A stretch of DNA of 64,000 bases from Nitrospirales bacterium (GCA_963555755.3 OY820905.2:4032001-4096000), one strand, 5' to 3'; counted from the stretch's first letter, positions 10,144 to 22,492 are shown. Numbers and translations are program-made. Notes: generated by a model not told the origin, from the sequence alone.

Positions 10144-13100
10144 ATGGCTGACTCATCTTCCAACCAGATCTTCGCAGAACCATCTTCTTCGTCCGTCGAT
10201 TTCCAGGACCAGATCGGTCTTCAAGCTCGGCTCATTGTCGAGCAGGCTTTGGATGCCATCATCACCTTTGATGCCAATGGCCTCATTACCCATGGGAATC
10301 CCCAAGCGGAGCGTCTTTTTGGTTGGATCCAACGCGAGGTGGTGGGTCAGGCCTTTACGGATGTGGTGTTAGCTCCGCAATACCGTGAAAGTTATACTCG
10401 TGGCATTCAACGCTTTCTCGCTTCAGGGGATGATACGCTTCTCAATAGACGAGCCGAGACGATGGCCCTTAATCGGGATGGATCAGAATTTCTCGTGGAA
10501 ATGTCATTATGTCCGTTGGACCTTGGCGGAACCTATTGCTTTAGTGTCTTTTTAAGAGATATTCGTGAGCGTCGACAATCCGAACGAGCGTTGCTCCGAG
10601 AGACCATGCTGGTCCAACTGCATCAGGGTGTGGCCTCGGCAGCCAATGAGTCGCCAACGGTGGAGTTGGCATTAGAGTCGAGCCTCAATTGGGTGTGTGC
10701 GTTACTCGGTTGGTCAGTTGGGCATGTGTGGCTGTATTCCAAAGAAGAGAAACGGTTGACCTCAAGCCGTATTTGGTTTCTTGACCATCCGAGCCGGTAT
10801 GATGGGTTTCGAACGGCGACAGAAGGCCTGTCTCTCCTGTCTGGGGAAGATCTCCCTGGTAGGGTTCATCAGAGCCGGCAACCTATCATGACCCAGGAGG
10901 TGTGCAAGGAAATGTCCACGGCTCGATCGTCACTGGCTGAGTCGGCTGGCTTGGTGTCGAGTTTTGCCTCGCCTATCGTGGTTGGTGTGGATGTTGTCGC
11001 GGTGATGGAATTTTTCTCAGATAAACAAGAAGAAATGGACGATCGGCTTTTGGATTCCATGGTGTCGGTTGGGGTGCAACTAGGCCGTGTCATCGAACGA
11101 AAAGAAGTCCAAGAAGAATTGGTGAGCGCGAAAGAGGCGTCGGAAGCGGCAGCTCGGACCAAGTCAGAATTTCTCGCGAATATGAGCCATGAGATCCGCA
11201 CACCCATGAATGGTGTCATTGGGATGACTGGACTTCTTCTTGACACCCCACTGTCGACCGAGCAACGAGATTTTGCCGAAACGGTGAGAAACTCGGCAGA
11301 GGCCTTGCTGACGATCATCAATGACATCTTAGATTTTTCTAAAATTGAAGCCGGAAAGCTCGACCTTGAAATGATTGACTTTGATCTTCGGGTGGCCGTT
11401 GAAGAGGTCGTCGAATTATTGGCGGAAAAAGCTGAGGACAAAGGTATTCAACTTGCCTGTCTGCTGCACTCCGATATCCCCCATGAAACGAAAGGGGATC
11501 CAGGACGGTTTCGACAGGTGCTGATCAATTTGCTTGGCAACGCGGTGAAGTTTACTGAACAGGGCGAAGTGGTGGTTCGTGTGAACACAGTCCACGACAG
11601 CCAGGAAGGCACTGTCATTCGTGTGGAAGTGGCCGATACGGGGATCGGCATTTCGGAGGAACACCAAGATCGACTGTTTCAGTCTTTCACGCAAGCCGAC
11701 AGTTCTACCACGCGAAAATACGGAGGCACGGGATTAGGGTTAGCGATCTGTAAGCAGCTGGTTGGTGTAATGGGCGGACAGATTGGATTCACTAGCGAGC
11801 CAGGAAAGGGCGCGACCTTTTGGTTTACGGTGTGTTTGCAACCAGTGACTCAGGTGTCCGAATCCGGAAATAGTAGCCGAGGGAAGCTCAAGGGGCTGCG
11901 CGTGTTGATCGTTGACGACAATTCCACCAACCAAAAAATATTGGAATACTATGTGAAGGCCTGGGAGATGGATAGCGTCAGTGTGCGGGACGGACCCTCA
12001 GCGCTCCATGCGCTTCGTCAAGCTGCCGCCGAGGGCCGGTCGTTTGATTTGGCATTGCTCGATATGCAGATGCCTCACATGGATGGGCTGGCCTTGGCAC
12101 AAGCCATTCAACAGGACCCTGGCCTGGCATCGGTCAAACTTGTGATGTTGACGTCCTTGGGTCGTCGGGGAGATGCCGAGAAAGCCAAACACGTGGGCAT
12201 CGCGGCGTACTTAACCAAGCCGATTCGTCAAGTTGTGTTGTTTAACAGTTTAAGTATGTTGGTTGGGACAGAAGGGAAGGGTGAGGCCCCTCAGCTGGTG
12301 ACCCGACATACTGTCAAAGAAGTACAGCGGAGGGAAACGGTTCATATTTTATTGGCCGAAGATAATCTTGTGAACCAAAAAGTGGCAGTGCGAATGCTCG
12401 AACGTCTGGGATTTCGTCCGGATGTGGTCAAAAACGGGTGTGAGGCCGTAAAAGCCTGTGAGCAGGGCACGTATCACCTGATTCTCATGGATTGCCAGAT
12501 GCCAGAAATGGATGGATTTGAAGCGACGCAGGTAATTAGAAAACGCGAAGAGTCGCTCATCGCTGGGACCTCCTCGCGTGTAAATGGTGAATCGGTTCCA
12601 GGAAAAGACGAGGAACGAGCGATCAGCACGCAGCGGCACATTCCAATCATTGCCATGACCGCCAATGCCATGAAAGGTGATCGTGAGAAATGCTTGGAAG
12701 CTGGCATGGACGGTTATCTCGTGAAACCGGTGAAGCCCGAGATTCTCGAAGACATGATTCTTCGATGGCTTCCCAAGCCCTCGGAAGGCCTGCCCTTCCT
12801 GGTGGTGAGACAGGAAGAATCCTTCGTCGGGTGTCTGGATGAGCAAGTGCTCCGGGACTTAGAATCCTTGGGTGATGAAAAACAGCCTGATTTTCTCAAA
12901 ACCGTGATTCAGCAATTTTTGGAGGATCAACCGAAGCATATCACCGCAGTTGAAACCGCCATCGAGGACAAGGATGCCTTGGCCCTTCGATTGGCTGCCC
13001 ATTCTTTGAAAGGGAGCAGTTGTAATGTCGGGGCTCGGGCCCTAGCCAGTCGTGCCATGGAATTAGAAAAATTAGGTGCAGCCGGCACGCTTGATGGTGT

Positions 13101-13200
13101 CGAGCCTCTTCTCGTAGCGTTTCAAAAAGAATGTCGTCGGGCTCGCCGGGCACTTGCACAACGTATCGGCACTCAATCCGTTGGCTCTGGGGGCTGTTGA
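10144..13200 (+). CDS. Hybrid sensor kinase PAS-GAF-HisKA-HATPase-REC-REC-Hpt
   Basis: [24 protein letters not shown], two receiver domains, AHSLKGSS Hpt motif. Confidence 0.95.
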   Translation: MADSSSNQIFAEPSSSSVDFQDQIGLQARLIVEQALDAIITFDANGLITHGNPQAERLFGWIQREVVGQAFTDVVLAPQYRESYTRGIQRFLASGDDTLLNRRAETMALNRDGSEFLVEMSLCPLDLGGTYCFSVFLRDIRERRQSERALLRETMLVQLHQGVASAANESPTVELALESSLNWVCALLGWSVGHVWLYSKEEKRLTSSRIWFLDHPSRYDGFRTATEGLSLLSGEDLPGRVHQSRQPIMTQEVCKEMSTARSSLAESAGLVSSFASPIVVGVDVVAVMEFFSDKQEEMDDRLLDSMVSVGVQLGRVIERKEVQEELVSAKEASEAAARTKSEFLANMSHEIRTPMNGVIGMTGLLLDTPLSTEQRDFAETVRNSAEALLTIINDILDFSKIEAGKLDLEMIDFDLRVAVEEVVELLAEKAEDKGIQLACLLHSDIPHETKGDPGRFRQVLINLLGNAVKFTEQGEVVVRVNTVHDSQEGTVIRVEVADTGIGISEEHQDRLFQSFTQADSSTTRKYGGTGLGLAICKQLVGVMGGQIGFTSEPGKGATFWFTVCLQPVTQVSESGNSSRGKLKGLRVLIVDDNSTNQKILEYYVKAWEMDSVSVRDGPSALHALRQAAAEGRSFDLALLDMQMPHMDGLALAQAIQQDPGLASVKLVMLTSLGRRGDAEKAKHVGIAAYLTKPIRQVVLFNSLSMLVGTEGKGEAPQLVTRHTVKEVQRRETVHILLAEDNLVNQKVAVRMLERLGFRPDVVKNGCEAVKACEQGTYHLILMDCQMPEMDGFEATQVIRKREESLIAGTSSRVNGESVPGKDEERAISTQRHIPIIAMTANAMKGDREKCLEAGMDGYLVKPVKPEILEDMILRWLPKPSEGLPFLVVRQEESFVGCLDEQVLRDLESLGDEKQPDFLKTVIQQFLEDQPKHITAVETAIEDKDALALRLAAHSLKGSSCNVGARALASRAMELEKLGAAGTLDGVEPLLVAFQKECRRARRALAQRIGTQSVGSGGC

Positions 13201-13355
13201 AAAAGCATGCCCTGAGTCTTTCCGAAGGGTCCCAGCGGCGTTCTCGGCCCTTGGTCGTGCTCACGTACTATGAGTACGCTCCGCGCGCCAAAGTGCCTGC
13301 GGCCTTTCCTTCGACAAGCTCAGGACAGGACTGGACGGGCCTTTTTGAACAGCCC
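13191..13355 (+). mobile_element. MITE family A
   Basis: GGGCTGTTGAAAAAG...CTTTTTGAACAGCCC IRs; related to 33822-33942 and 41536-41725; may extend to ~13406. Confidence 0.75.
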
Positions 13356-13463
13356 CTTTCCCTACCTTTCGATTTTCCAACTTATCATTCCATCTTCTCA
13401 ACCGGCACTCCCTGTGTTATACACACCTCCAGATTGTAGCGCGGACCTTTTGGCCTTGGTTCA

Positions 13464-13894
13464 ACCTAGAAACAGCAGTTGGATCACAAAAGTCCGCGCA
13501 AGCTCTCAGGGTCCGTCACGAAATAACCGGGACAATTGGCCGAGACGATTTTGGAGCGAGCCAAGGAGCGAAGAGCGCGCATACCGGGAGTATGGAAGCG
13601 ATGAGCGACGCCGGCGGAGCCCAAAAGCGTCCGGCCCTGCGGGGAGGCCCATCTTTGGCCCGGGGCGGCGTTGCTCCTCGGTCACAGAGCCCCGCTCTGC
13701 TCCCTCGTCGCGCCTTGCCCCGATCACAAATCTGGGCCTCCCAATTGTCCCGGTTATTTCGTGACGGACCCTTAGCGCACCTGGCAAAATAAAAAAATGT
13801 CTCATCACCACGAAGGTGACCACGACTTTTTTTATTTCACCATGCACACCAATATCTTACACGGCTTTTTTGTGTCCAACTGCTGTTTCTAGGT
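13464..13894. mobile_element. Nested MITE: backbone carrying a family B insert (13509-13771)
   Basis: Outer IR ACCTAGAAACAGCAGTTGGA with TCA duplication; inner IR GGGTCCGTCACGAAATAACCGGGACAATTGG. Confidence 0.85.
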
Positions 13895-13929
13895 TCAAGC
13901 CCACTGTTGACTCCTCAACGTTTTCTCCT

Positions 13930-15273
13930 ATGACGATTGCACCTTACCGAACGACTCCTGTCACGACTGACCGCATGCCGGCAGGCATTCTGTTTTTGGT
14001 CACGAATGAGGCTGCCGAGCGTTTTAGTTACTATGGCATGCGCGCCATCCTGGTGGTGTTTATGACGGAGTATTTGCTCACTCATGATGGTGCCCCGGAC
14101 CTCATGGGAGAAGCCGAAGCGCGATCGTATTTTCATCTCTTTGCCTCGGCCGTCTATTTTTTCCCGATAGTGGGTGCGCTCATCGCGGATGTGTTCTGGG
14201 GAAAGTTTCGCACCATTGTCGTGCTGTCGATGGTCTATTGCCTCGGTCACCTGGCCTTGGCCGTGGATCACACGCGGATGGGTTTAGCGATCGGGTTAAC
14301 CCTCATTGCCATTGGCTCAGGAGGTATTAAGCCCTGCGTCTCCGCGAATCTCGGGGATCAGTTTGGCTCGGCCAATAGTCATTTATTGTCCAAGGCGTTT
14401 TATTGGTTTTACTTTGCTATTAATCTTGGGGCAGGCATATCTACATTGTTGACTCCATGGTTCTTACACCATGTTGGGCCTCATGTGGCCTTTGGCGTGC
14501 CCGGGTTGCTGATGCTGTTGGCAACCTGGGTGTTTTGGATGGGGCGGTGGCAGTATGTCCATATCCCGCCTAGGGGGGCCTCATTTCTCACCGAACTGAT
14601 GGAGCCGGAAAATCTTCGTGCCATATGGCGGCTGATTCCGATTTTTATTTTTTCCGCATTTTTCTGGTCCCTTTATGACCAGACGGGATCGGCTTGGGTC
14701 TTGCAAGCCAAACACATGGATCGTCTATGGATGGGGATCGAATGGTTACCGTCCCAAATTCAGGTGGTCAATCCGTTTCTCATCATGGTGTTGATCCCGA
14801 TTTTTTCCTATGGGATTTACCCATTCCTTAGCAAGGTCTATCCCCTCACCCCTTTGCGCAAGATTGCTATTGGGTTTTTTGTGACGGTTCTGGCGTTTCT
14901 CATTTCTGCTCAAATCGAAATCCAGATTGCGGAGGGCCTTCGACCAAATATCGTGTGGCAACTGCTGGCCTTTGTCGTGATCACGGCTGCAGAAGTCATG
15001 GTGTCGATTACATGTTTGGAGTTTTCCTATACTCAGGCCCCAAGAGCCTTAAAATCCGTGGTGATGGCGTTGTTCCTCTTGTCCGTGTCCCTTGGCAATG
15101 CGTTCACCTCACTCGTGAATGTATTCATCCAAAATGAGGATGGCAGTGTTGTCCTTGAAGGCGCGGCCTACTATTGGTTTTTTGCTGGGGTGATGTTTGC
15201 GGGTTCCGTGCTGTTTATCTGGGTTGCCCAAAGGTATCGAGGAAAGACGTACCTTCAAGGAGAAGGGACATAG
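13930..15273 (+). CDS. POT/PTR family proton-dependent oligopeptide transporter
   Basis: EAAERFSYYGMRAIL, GSGGIKPCVSANLGDQF, FYFAINLG motifs. Confidence 0.93.
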   Translation: MTIAPYRTTPVTTDRMPAGILFLVTNEAAERFSYYGMRAILVVFMTEYLLTHDGAPDLMGEAEARSYFHLFASAVYFFPIVGALIADVFWGKFRTIVVLSMVYCLGHLALAVDHTRMGLAIGLTLIAIGSGGIKPCVSANLGDQFGSANSHLLSKAFYWFYFAINLGAGISTLLTPWFLHHVGPHVAFGVPGLLMLLATWVFWMGRWQYVHIPPRGASFLTELMEPENLRAIWRLIPIFIFSAFFWSLYDQTGSAWVLQAKHMDRLWMGIEWLPSQIQVVNPFLIMVLIPIFSYGIYPFLSKVYPLTPLRKIAIGFFVTVLAFLISAQIEIQIAEGLRPNIVWQLLAFVVITAAEVMVSITCLEFSYTQAPRALKSVVMALFLLSVSLGNAFTSLVNVFIQNEDGSVVLEGAAYYWFFAGVMFAGSVLFIWVAQRYRGKTYLQGEGT

Positions 15274-15577
15274 GGAATGGTGCGGATTTCAACCTGTGGA
15301 TAAGCTGTTGTTTTTTTCAATCGCCATGTTGGATGGGGTGTTTTTTGCCTTTACGCGACTTTCCCCATATTTTAAGAGGGTTTTACAAACACATCGCTCA
15401 AAACTCCTTATCAATAAAGGGTTTTTTAATTCTCAAGACGATTCATCCCCTCTGGGTGTCACGAATGAAATGGTGTGGATATTTGATGCCATGCCATCCA
15501 GGTGAGTGACTGTGAATTTGAAGGGGATAACTCTCAAGCGTGGTGGTCTGTAGTCATTCTCAATACGTTCCATACAC

Positions 15578-15685
15578 TCGAAATACGAATATCGAATTTC
15601 GAAACAAATCGGAAACTTTAAATTCGAATTTTTCAATTTGATCATTCTCATGTGTTTCGGATTTCGATATTGGAGCTTCGGATTT
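15578..15685. repeat. Degenerate heptamer repeats in inverted arrangement
   Basis: TCGAAAT ACGAATA TCGAATT TCGAAAC ... TTTCGGA TTTCGAT ATTGGAG CTTCGGA between convergent genes. Confidence 0.55.
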
Positions 15686-15774
15686 ACTCTCTTGTTCTTC
15701 CGCCATCAGCAACAAGAACGGAAGTTAATTGAAAAAGCTAAAGAATGAAGGATGTTCAGGGAGTGTCCTGCCTC

Positions 15775-16593
15775 TCAACCCCTAGGCTTTTGGCTGAGAT
15801 AGACGACCTGGTTGACTCGGAAGGCCTCGGTATATTGGTCGGGTGTGATGTGTTGGGAATGAAAGCACCGACCGTCGAAGATAATGAGTCGATTGGGTTT
15901 CATCTCAATGAGCTTGAGTAATTCCCAGTATTCGTTTCCGTCGTTGATATAGGTGTTGTCCCTATTGGCAAAGAGCGGATTAAATATCATACTGTTTTGA
16001 AAATTCTCGTAGCCCTCCTCACTGTCCAAAAATTCATCACTCAGTTCTAACCGGTCTGCAAGTTCCCTGATGTCTTGGTCTGGCACGATGGGGACCCGTT
16101 CGAGTCCGGTGGGGCGATGTCGGTAAAGGCCGCTTCCTCCGACACATGATTCGGCTGGGTTCAAATATACCATGGCCGTGATGTCTTGGTCGATGTGAGG
16201 CTGCCGCTGCCCAATGTTCAACTTAAAATTATTGTTCGTGATTCCTTGGAAGACGGCGGGTTGGGCATCGAAAAAATTATACAGGGGAACTCCCCACAGT
16301 TCACTGATTTTCTCAAAGAGTGGTTGAGTATTGATCTTCAGTGAGGCTCGAACACCAGGAAAGTTGCCCACGATCTCAAACCGGTCGGTGTAGGGTAATC
16401 CCAGCGCCAGTTCTAGCGCTTTCTCGGGATGCTGATAAAAATAATCTGCCATGACCAGTTTATGGTGACCCTGCCCTACAAACTCAGTGGTAACACGACA
16501 CTGTGGATTTATGGCAAGTGCATCTGCAGGAACATTCATAGCGAGATCAAGTGGTGATGACAATGATAGGGCATGGTGCGCTTTCTCAAACAT
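15775..16593 (-). CDS. DUF6445 / 2OG-Fe(II) oxygenase-like protein
   Basis: FPGVR, PHID (HxD), AMVYLN, NRLIIFDGRCFHS; start uncertain. Confidence 0.7.
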   Translation of the reverse strand: MFEKAHHALSLSSPLDLAMNVPADALAINPQCRVTTEFVGQGHHKLVMADYFYQHPEKALELALGLPYTDRFEIVGNFPGVRASLKINTQPLFEKISELWGVPLYNFFDAQPAVFQGITNNNFKLNIGQRQPHIDQDITAMVYLNPAESCVGGSGLYRHRPTGLERVPIVPDQDIRELADRLELSDEFLDSEEGYENFQNSMIFNPLFANRDNTYINDGNEYWELLKLIEMKPNRLIIFDGRCFHSQHITPDQYTEAFRVNQVVYLSQKPRG

Positions 16594-16659
16594 CCCCGTC
16601 AATTCGGGTGTCTACCGGCGTAAGACACATCACGATTTTTTCATAGCCACAATGGCTAG

Positions 16660-16786
16660 GTGTGCTGGCGGCCTTTTTCAACCTTCCACGTTTTCGTTGA
16701 ATAGTCCCACTATTCGCCTCACACGATCGAAACCTCTGACTCAAATCAGCACATCCTCGTGGGGATCGCTAATCTTGGATAGGCTC
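16660..16786. mobile_element. Chimeric/partial MITE (family D right part, family A-like left part)
   Basis: 16691-16786 matches the right part of 30591-30750; CTAG on both flanks. Confidence 0.65.
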
Positions 16787-16925
16787 CTAGAAAAATGGTG
16801 AAGCTCCATTAACATATCGCCCTTTGTCGATGAGGGCATTTTTGAAATGATTGTCAAAAAAGTTTTGAAGGCGCGAAAAAAAATGCGTTCTGAGCGTGGT
16901 CGTAGAGGGCCTTCGGTGAGGTTCG

Positions 16926-17453
16926 TCAATGACCATGGTCCGAGGTCAGCTCTAAAAAACGAGGCGCCAAAATTCGGCTTTGAATCATCAGAAATCCTCG
17001 TTCTCCATGTTCTCGGTAATTGAGAGTGGCTTCGGTTTCGTCCCCTCGCCAAGTATTTTCTTGGTTTAATCCACGCATCATGGACCCTGGCCTTCGTATG
17101 ACTGGGCCATATTGCCTCGTGAGGTACATCATGATGGCATGATGCGAATCCTTGCCTTGGTAGCGAATCATGACCCTTGCAAATTTTCCGTCGATTGTCA
17201 GTAGGCGCAGAGATTCAACATGCGTATTCGCAAATCGTAACGTTTCTTCTGAAAATTGATATGATTGGATTCGATCATCAGAGTCAATGAGGGAAAGATG
17301 TTTGAGCGTGTGAAGAGCCGTGTTCCATTTGATTCCTTCAAAACCTTGGGGGTCATTTGAAATCGGACTGATGGCTCGAGTTGGAGACGTCGCGAGGAGG
17401 ACGAGAAGCAGGGAGGTGAACACGACAGAAATGTGGAGCCGAAGGCTTTTCAT
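16926..17453 (-). CDS. Exported hypothetical protein
   Basis: Signal peptide, then DPQGFEGIKW. Confidence 0.7.
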   Translation of the reverse strand: MKSLRLHISVVFTSLLLVLLATSPTRAISPISNDPQGFEGIKWNTALHTLKHLSLIDSDDRIQSYQFSEETLRFANTHVESLRLLTIDGKFARVMIRYQGKDSHHAIMMYLTRQYGPVIRRPGSMMRGLNQENTWRGDETEATLNYREHGERGFLMIQSRILAPRFLELTSDHGH

Positions 17454-17622
17454 ACCTGTCACCGCTCGGACCCTAACATGTGGCAAGTCTGCGTGCAATG
17501 TCGCTGGGTTCGTCTTATTGAAATGCAGGCAATCGAGAAAAGAGGAATTCTTAATAGTTGAATTTGGTGTAGCCTACCTATTACCGAGGTGGGGAAGATG
17601 GGCGCGTTGCCTGATTAGCGGA

Positions 17623-18567
17623 TCATGCAGCGGAGTTAGCAGAAAGGGCGACAGGGTAGGTGGTTTTCTTTCCATGTAAAGAGCCGTTGGATAAGGCAGC
17701 CCATTCCGTGTGTTGTGCCCCCACGAGGATCCAGGTATCAGGGTTGTCAAGAATCATTTGAACCAACTGATTATGTAAAAAATGTCCGGAACGATCGGCA
17801 AAAACATGTCCGATGACCGGAACTCCCAACAATGCCAAATCCCCAATAAGATCTAGTACTTTGTGTCGAACACATTCATCCGGGAACCGAAGTCCTTGGT
17901 CATTGAGAAGCCCTGATTCTGAAAACACGATAGTGTTATCCAGTGATCCACCTTGCCCAAGCCCCCTAGCCCATAACGCTTCCACTTCGTGTGAAAAGGC
18001 AAACGTCCTGGCTTCGGCAATTTTATCTTGGAAGGCTTTAGGCGACCATTCGTACTCATATGTCTGTTGTTGGATCAGGGTGTGATCGTATTCAATGGAG
18101 TAGGTAATTTTTGGGGTGGTCGATGGGAGAATAGACACCCCACGGCGATGATCGCCCACGTGCAAGGGTTTGACGATTTTGAGGAATGTCCGTGGGCGTT
18201 CCTGGGAAACCATGCCTGCAGCATGGATCTTCTCGACAAATGGTGCGGCACTGCCATCCATGGCAGGGACTTCTTCTGAATCGATATCAATATAGGCATT
18301 GTTGATATGCATTCCCCAAAGAGCGGAGAGAACATGTTCGGTCGTTTGAATTTGGAAGCCGTTGGATCCAATGGTTGTACAGAGTTCCATGGGGCGAAGG
18401 TTTCGAATGGAGGCTTGACATGTTTCAATGTGTCCGTTGGTCTTTCTCCTGAATACGATCCCTGAGTCCACCGGTGCGGGCGCCAGCGTCACCTTGGAGG
18501 GTTTCCCTGAATGTAAACCGATGCCCTCTAATGAAATATTCTGTCTCAATGTCCTTTGCACGTGCAT
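17623..18567 (-). CDS. lpxC: UDP-3-O-acyl-N-acetylglucosamine deacetylase
   Basis: QRTL, GIGLHSG, TEHVLSAL, MDGSA, RHKVLDLIGDL. Confidence 0.97.
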   Translation of the reverse strand: MHVQRTLRQNISLEGIGLHSGKPSKVTLAPAPVDSGIVFRRKTNGHIETCQASIRNLRPMELCTTIGSNGFQIQTTEHVLSALWGMHINNAYIDIDSEEVPAMDGSAAPFVEKIHAAGMVSQERPRTFLKIVKPLHVGDHRRGVSILPSTTPKITYSIEYDHTLIQQQTYEYEWSPKAFQDKIAEARTFAFSHEVEALWARGLGQGGSLDNTIVFSESGLLNDQGLRFPDECVRHKVLDLIGDLALLGVPVIGHVFADRSGHFLHNQLVQMILDNPDTWILVGAQHTEWAALSNGSLHGKKTTYPVALSANSAA

Positions 18568-18605
18568 AGCTCCTCTTGTCGGAATTTAAGAGTCCATTAA
18601 TATCA

Positions 18606-18621
18606 TGCAAAACACGGGCCA
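18606..18621 (-). promoter_or_regulatory. Sigma-54 (-24/-12) promoter for lpxC
   Basis: TGGCCCGTGTTTTGCA (GG-N10-GC), AT-rich tract and TGTG..CACA-like sites upstream. Confidence 0.7.
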
Positions 18622-18745
18622 GTATTTATGAATAATTAAATTTCATAACTAATTGAATTTATGCGAATTTTAAATTTTCACTATACTAGTGTGATGTTAA
18701 AAATCAATATTGTGTTGCTAAAAAACCACACTTTAGAATTTATAC

Positions 18746-19084
18746 TCAAATCCTTAAGGTCTCCAAAAACGGTTCCTGTAGGTAGCGTTGGACTTCAGGA
18801 ATATCAGTAGCGTTTTGTGAACGAAGGAGCCCCGCAATGATGCCTCGATGTTTTTTATACAGCCCTGAATCAATTATGGCTATCTGGTACAGCTTCCATT
18901 TACTGATCTTGTTATCGGCAATGTGCTGCTGTTCATCCGCAGTTTTCGTCTGTATCAGGGTTGAGAGGCAGGTCAACGCTTTTTCGACGCTGTCATAAGG
19001 CGGGGCGAGTTGTAACCGTTGATAAAAGGATTCAAGGTCGTGTCGGAAGTCGGTCAGAATTATTTTCACAGGTGCTGGCGTCAT
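18746..19084 (-). CDS. Hypothetical protein
   Basis: Helical ORF of 112 aa. Confidence 0.6.
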   Translation of the reverse strand: MTPAPVKIILTDFRHDLESFYQRLQLAPPYDSVEKALTCLSTLIQTKTADEQQHIADNKISKWKLYQIAIIDSGLYKKHRGIIAGLLRSQNATDIPEVQRYLQEPFLETLRI

Positions 19085-19609
19085 GACTAATTCCCCCACG
19101 TTAAATGGGGGTAAGTATAGCAAAAGTCATGATCCTGTGTCTTTCTCTGATTTCGGAAAATTCGTGGTTCTTTCGTTCAGAGGAACAACATGAACCATGA
19201 GGCAAGGTCGACCTTCTGAATGACCAGTGTTGGGACCGGACAAATAGGGGATCATACAGAATATATGGTTCTATCCTACCGCCATCCAATTCTGGCCACA
19301 TGGAGTTTCTTGGCCATGGCTTTGCTTCCTGTGAGCTTTCTTTCTTAGTGTAGCCTGCACGATCTTATCGTGCCCTCTTCCCACGGACCAAGGGGCTATG
19401 ACGCCAGGAAGAGGCAGCATGAGATGCTGCAGCGACCTAAAAATACAAGACGACGCCATTCGCTCAAAAGGAGAGGCGACATAACCCACGAGGAGTGCCA
19501 TACATTTATGTGCACCTGATCGTATTGTGCTGCCAGAACCCTATATTCTGCATGATCCCAAATAGGGAGGCGGGAACTCACTACCGGAAACCAAGGGCTC
19601 TGAAAAGTC

Positions 19610-20299
19610 CTATTCGGCATTACTGAATTGGTCCAAGTCCTGTTCTTTGCCAATCATGACCAGCACGTCTCCCTTTTCAATGAGGTCACTGGGAGACGGG
19701 GTAAAATTAAACGATTCCTCTTTCATTAATTGGCCTTTGACCATGCGCTTGACCTGTTTTTTGATGCCGATGACATTGAGATTGTGTTCCTCTCGAATTT
19801 TCGCCTCTTCGATGCTTAAGCCGGAAAAACGATCCGGTACGACAATTTCTTCAATGCTATAGCCTGGCGAAAGTTCCAAGTATTCCAATACTTTGGGGGA
19901 AATGAGGCGATGTGCCAGTCGATTGGCCGCATCGCGTTCAGGGTAGATCACTTCCGAGACGCCAAGGTTACTGAGAATTTTCCCATGAGTATTCGTCACG
20001 GCCTTTGCAATGATTGACTTCACGCCCATTTCAGCCAGTGTTTGGACGATCAGAATGCTGGCTTCAATATTTTCACCGATGCTCACAACGGCCACGTCAA
20101 CATTCTGTGCGCTGACTGCCTTGAGGGCTCGCTCATCCGTGGCATCGCATTGAACGGCAAATGTTGCGATGTCGCTGATGGCTTGAATTTTGGATTCTTC
20201 GCTATCGATGGCCAGCACTTCACATCCTTTTTTTACTAACGACTCAGCCACGCTATAACCAAACCGTCCTAACCCAATGACGGCAAACACGCGCTTCAT
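19610..20299 (-). CDS. trkA: TrkA/KtrA potassium uptake regulatory subunit
   Basis: VIGLGRFG Rossmann motif, VIYPE, RCK-C domain. Confidence 0.92.
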   Translation of the reverse strand: MKRVFAVIGLGRFGYSVAESLVKKGCEVLAIDSEESKIQAISDIATFAVQCDATDERALKAVSAQNVDVAVVSIGENIEASILIVQTLAEMGVKSIIAKAVTNTHGKILSNLGVSEVIYPERDAANRLAHRLISPKVLEYLELSPGYSIEEIVVPDRFSGLSIEEAKIREEHNLNVIGIKKQVKRMVKGQLMKEESFNFTPSPSDLIEKGDVLVMIGKEQDLDQFSNAE

Positions 20300-20341
20300 A
20301 GCAATCCTTGATGGTGAAGGTTAGACATCAGGTTGTGAAAA

Positions 20342-21157
20342 TTAGCTGTGGGGCGTTTCCTCTGTGGGTGCTGGGGGTTCTGGTGTCTTGGCACCTTGAA
20401 GGAAAGGGGAAATCAGGTCAATGGGAACGGGAAATATAATGGTCGAGGTTTTATCGCCGGCCACGCTCATAATGGTCTCGATGTATCGCAATTGAAGTGC
20501 AGCGGGGTTTCGGCTCAAAATATTGGCGGCATCCGATAATCGCTGTGAGGCCTGAAATTCCCCTTCCGCGTGAATAACTTTCGAACGGCGTTCCCGTTCG
20601 GCTTCGGCTTGTCGCGCAATGGCCCGCTGCATTTCCTGCGGCAGATCAACATTCTTGACTTCAACTGATGTCACTTTGATACCCCAGGGCTCAGTGGCTT
20701 GGTCAATAATGCGCTGAAGGTCGGCATTAATTTCATCGCGCTTGGAGAGTAAATCATCGAGTTGGCTTTGTCCCAGCACGCTGCGCAGAGTCGTTTGGGC
20801 AATCATGGATGTGGCATAATAGTAATCTTCGACATCGACGATAGCTTTTTCGGCATTGACCACGCGGAAGTAAATCACCGCGTTGACCTTCACCGAGACG
20901 TTATCTTTGGTGATGACATCCTGTGGAGGGACATCCATGGTCACGGTTCTGAGACCGACCCGAACCAATTTGTCGATCAACGGAATAATAATGATGATGC
21001 CGGGCCCGTTCTTTCCGATAATGCCGCTGGCCAAACGTCCGAACCGAAAAATCACGGCTCGCTCATACTCCCGTAAGATATACATCCCTTTTGAGATGAT
21101 AATTAGCAATCCGATCAGGACGATCAAGAGCGTGGTTGGATTAAACGGATCCGGCAT
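20342..21157 (-). CDS. Slipin (SPFH/stomatin) family protein
   Basis: [35 protein letters not shown]. Confidence 0.95.
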   Translation of the reverse strand: MPDPFNPTTLLIVLIGLLIIISKGMYILREYERAVIFRFGRLASGIIGKNGPGIIIIIPLIDKLVRVGLRTVTMDVPPQDVITKDNVSVKVNAVIYFRVVNAEKAIVDVEDYYYATSMIAQTTLRSVLGQSQLDDLLSKRDEINADLQRIIDQATEPWGIKVTSVEVKNVDLPQEMQRAIARQAEAERERRSKVIHAEGEFQASQRLSDAANILSRNPAALQLRYIETIMSVAGDKTSTIIFPVPIDLISPFLQGAKTPEPPAPTEETPHS

Positions 21158-21158
21158 G

Positions 21159-22481
21159 TCAATGTTCCTCTCTTTGAGGCAAAACAGGTTTCACGTGGAG
21201 TATGAGCCCTTCCATTTTTGTGACTTCGATTTCCTGCCCGGCTGAGACGGGATCCGAACTGACCGCATTCCACAGTTCGCCATGGACGAAGATTTTCCCA
21301 TCCGGGGAGAAGTTGGTTTTAGCTAATCCGATAAGCCCGACCATCCCCTCGCTTCCCGTGGTCGTGCGACTTCGCAAGGCCTTCACGCCAAATCTTACGA
21401 CGAAGAAGGTAAACCCAAGTACGAGCGCCACCATCGGAAGAATCACTGACCAGGAAATTTGATAGAACGGAAAATCCTGATTCATGAGCATGACGGAGCC
21501 CAGGATCATGGCCGTGACGCCGCCAATTGCCAGGAGCCCGAAGCTTGTGACCGTCACTTCCAGCATCAACATGACAATTCCCAAGATAAACAGCAAGACC
21601 CCGGCATAGTTGACCGGCAGTGATTGAAGCGAATAAAACGCGAGGATCAGACTGATCGCGCCCACCACGCCAGGTAAAATCGCGCCAGGATTATACAGTT
21701 CCGCAATCAATCCGATCGTGCCAATGGTCATCAGCACGAACGCGATATTCGGATTGCTGATCACCTGAAGGGCTTCTAACCGCCAACTCATGGGAAAGGC
21801 TTGTCTCGCAGCGCTTTTGGTTTTTAGCGTCACCGTCTTCGCTCCCATCTGCACGTCCCATCCTTCAAGCTGTGCCAGTAAGTCATCGAGATCCTGAGCG
21901 ATCAGGTCAATCAACCCAAGCTCCTTCGCCTCCGTAGCCGGAGCCGACACACTTTTTCGTACGGCATCTTCCGCCCATTCAGCATTCCGTCCGTGCCGCT
22001 CGGCAATGGATCGAATATAGGCCGCGGAATCATTTTCCACTTTTTCCTTCATCACGTCGTCCATCTCACCCCCACCCATGGCGACCGGGTGGGCGGCTCC
22101 AATGTTGGTCCCTGGAGCCATGGCCGCAATATGCGCCGCCAGGGTGAGAAACACTCCCGCTGAAGCCGCTCGACCGCCCGTTGGAGACACAAACACCACG
22201 ATAGGAATCTGAGATCCGGCCATGTCTTTAATCATGGCGCGCATGGATGTATCGAGACCGCCGGGAGTGTCTAGCTGAAACACGAGGAGTTGAGCCTGCT
22301 GTTCCTCAGCATGGCGAATGGCGTCGTGAAGATATTCAGCGGTGACAGGATTAATAATGCCTTCGTATGTTGCAGTGATGATGGGCCCAGGCTGAGAAAA
22401 GGCCAAGTTGGAAGTGGAAAGGAGGAAAAGAAACCCCAGAAAGAATGCGCGGATCAGGGCACGTGGATAAGGAGTTCCCAT
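21159..22481 (-). CDS. nfeD: Membrane-bound serine protease NfeD (long form)
   Basis: [26 protein letters not shown]; adjacent to slipin; 5' end interrupted by a MITE. Confidence 0.92.
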   Translation of the reverse strand: MGTPYPRALIRAFFLGFLFLLSTSNLAFSQPGPIITATYEGIINPVTAEYLHDAIRHAEEQQAQLLVFQLDTPGGLDTSMRAMIKDMAGSQIPIVVFVSPTGGRAASAGVFLTLAAHIAAMAPGTNIGAAHPVAMGGGEMDDVMKEKVENDSAAYIRSIAERHGRNAEWAEDAVRKSVSAPATEAKELGLIDLIAQDLDDLLAQLEGWDVQMGAKTVTLKTKSAARQAFPMSWRLEALQVISNPNIAFVLMTIGTIGLIAELYNPGAILPGVVGAISLILAFYSLQSLPVNYAGVLLFILGIVMLMLEVTVTSFGLLAIGGVTAMILGSVMLMNQDFPFYQISWSVILPMVALVLGFTFFVVRFGVKALRSRTTTGSEGMVGLIGLAKTNFSPDGKIFVHGELWNAVSSDPVSAGQEIEVTKMEGLILHVKPVLPQREEH

Positions 22482-22492
22482 GTTCTGGTTAA

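Noticed and set aside
13270..13847. ORFs 13270-13764, 13506-13847 and similar ORFs at 31654-32110, 40508-41084 and in the family E copies
   Set aside because: They lie within MITEs and are translations of repeat sequence
19101..19653. Short ORFs between trkA and the 18746-19084 gene
   Set aside because: Overlapping frames without motifs or a clear RBS; cannot be supported
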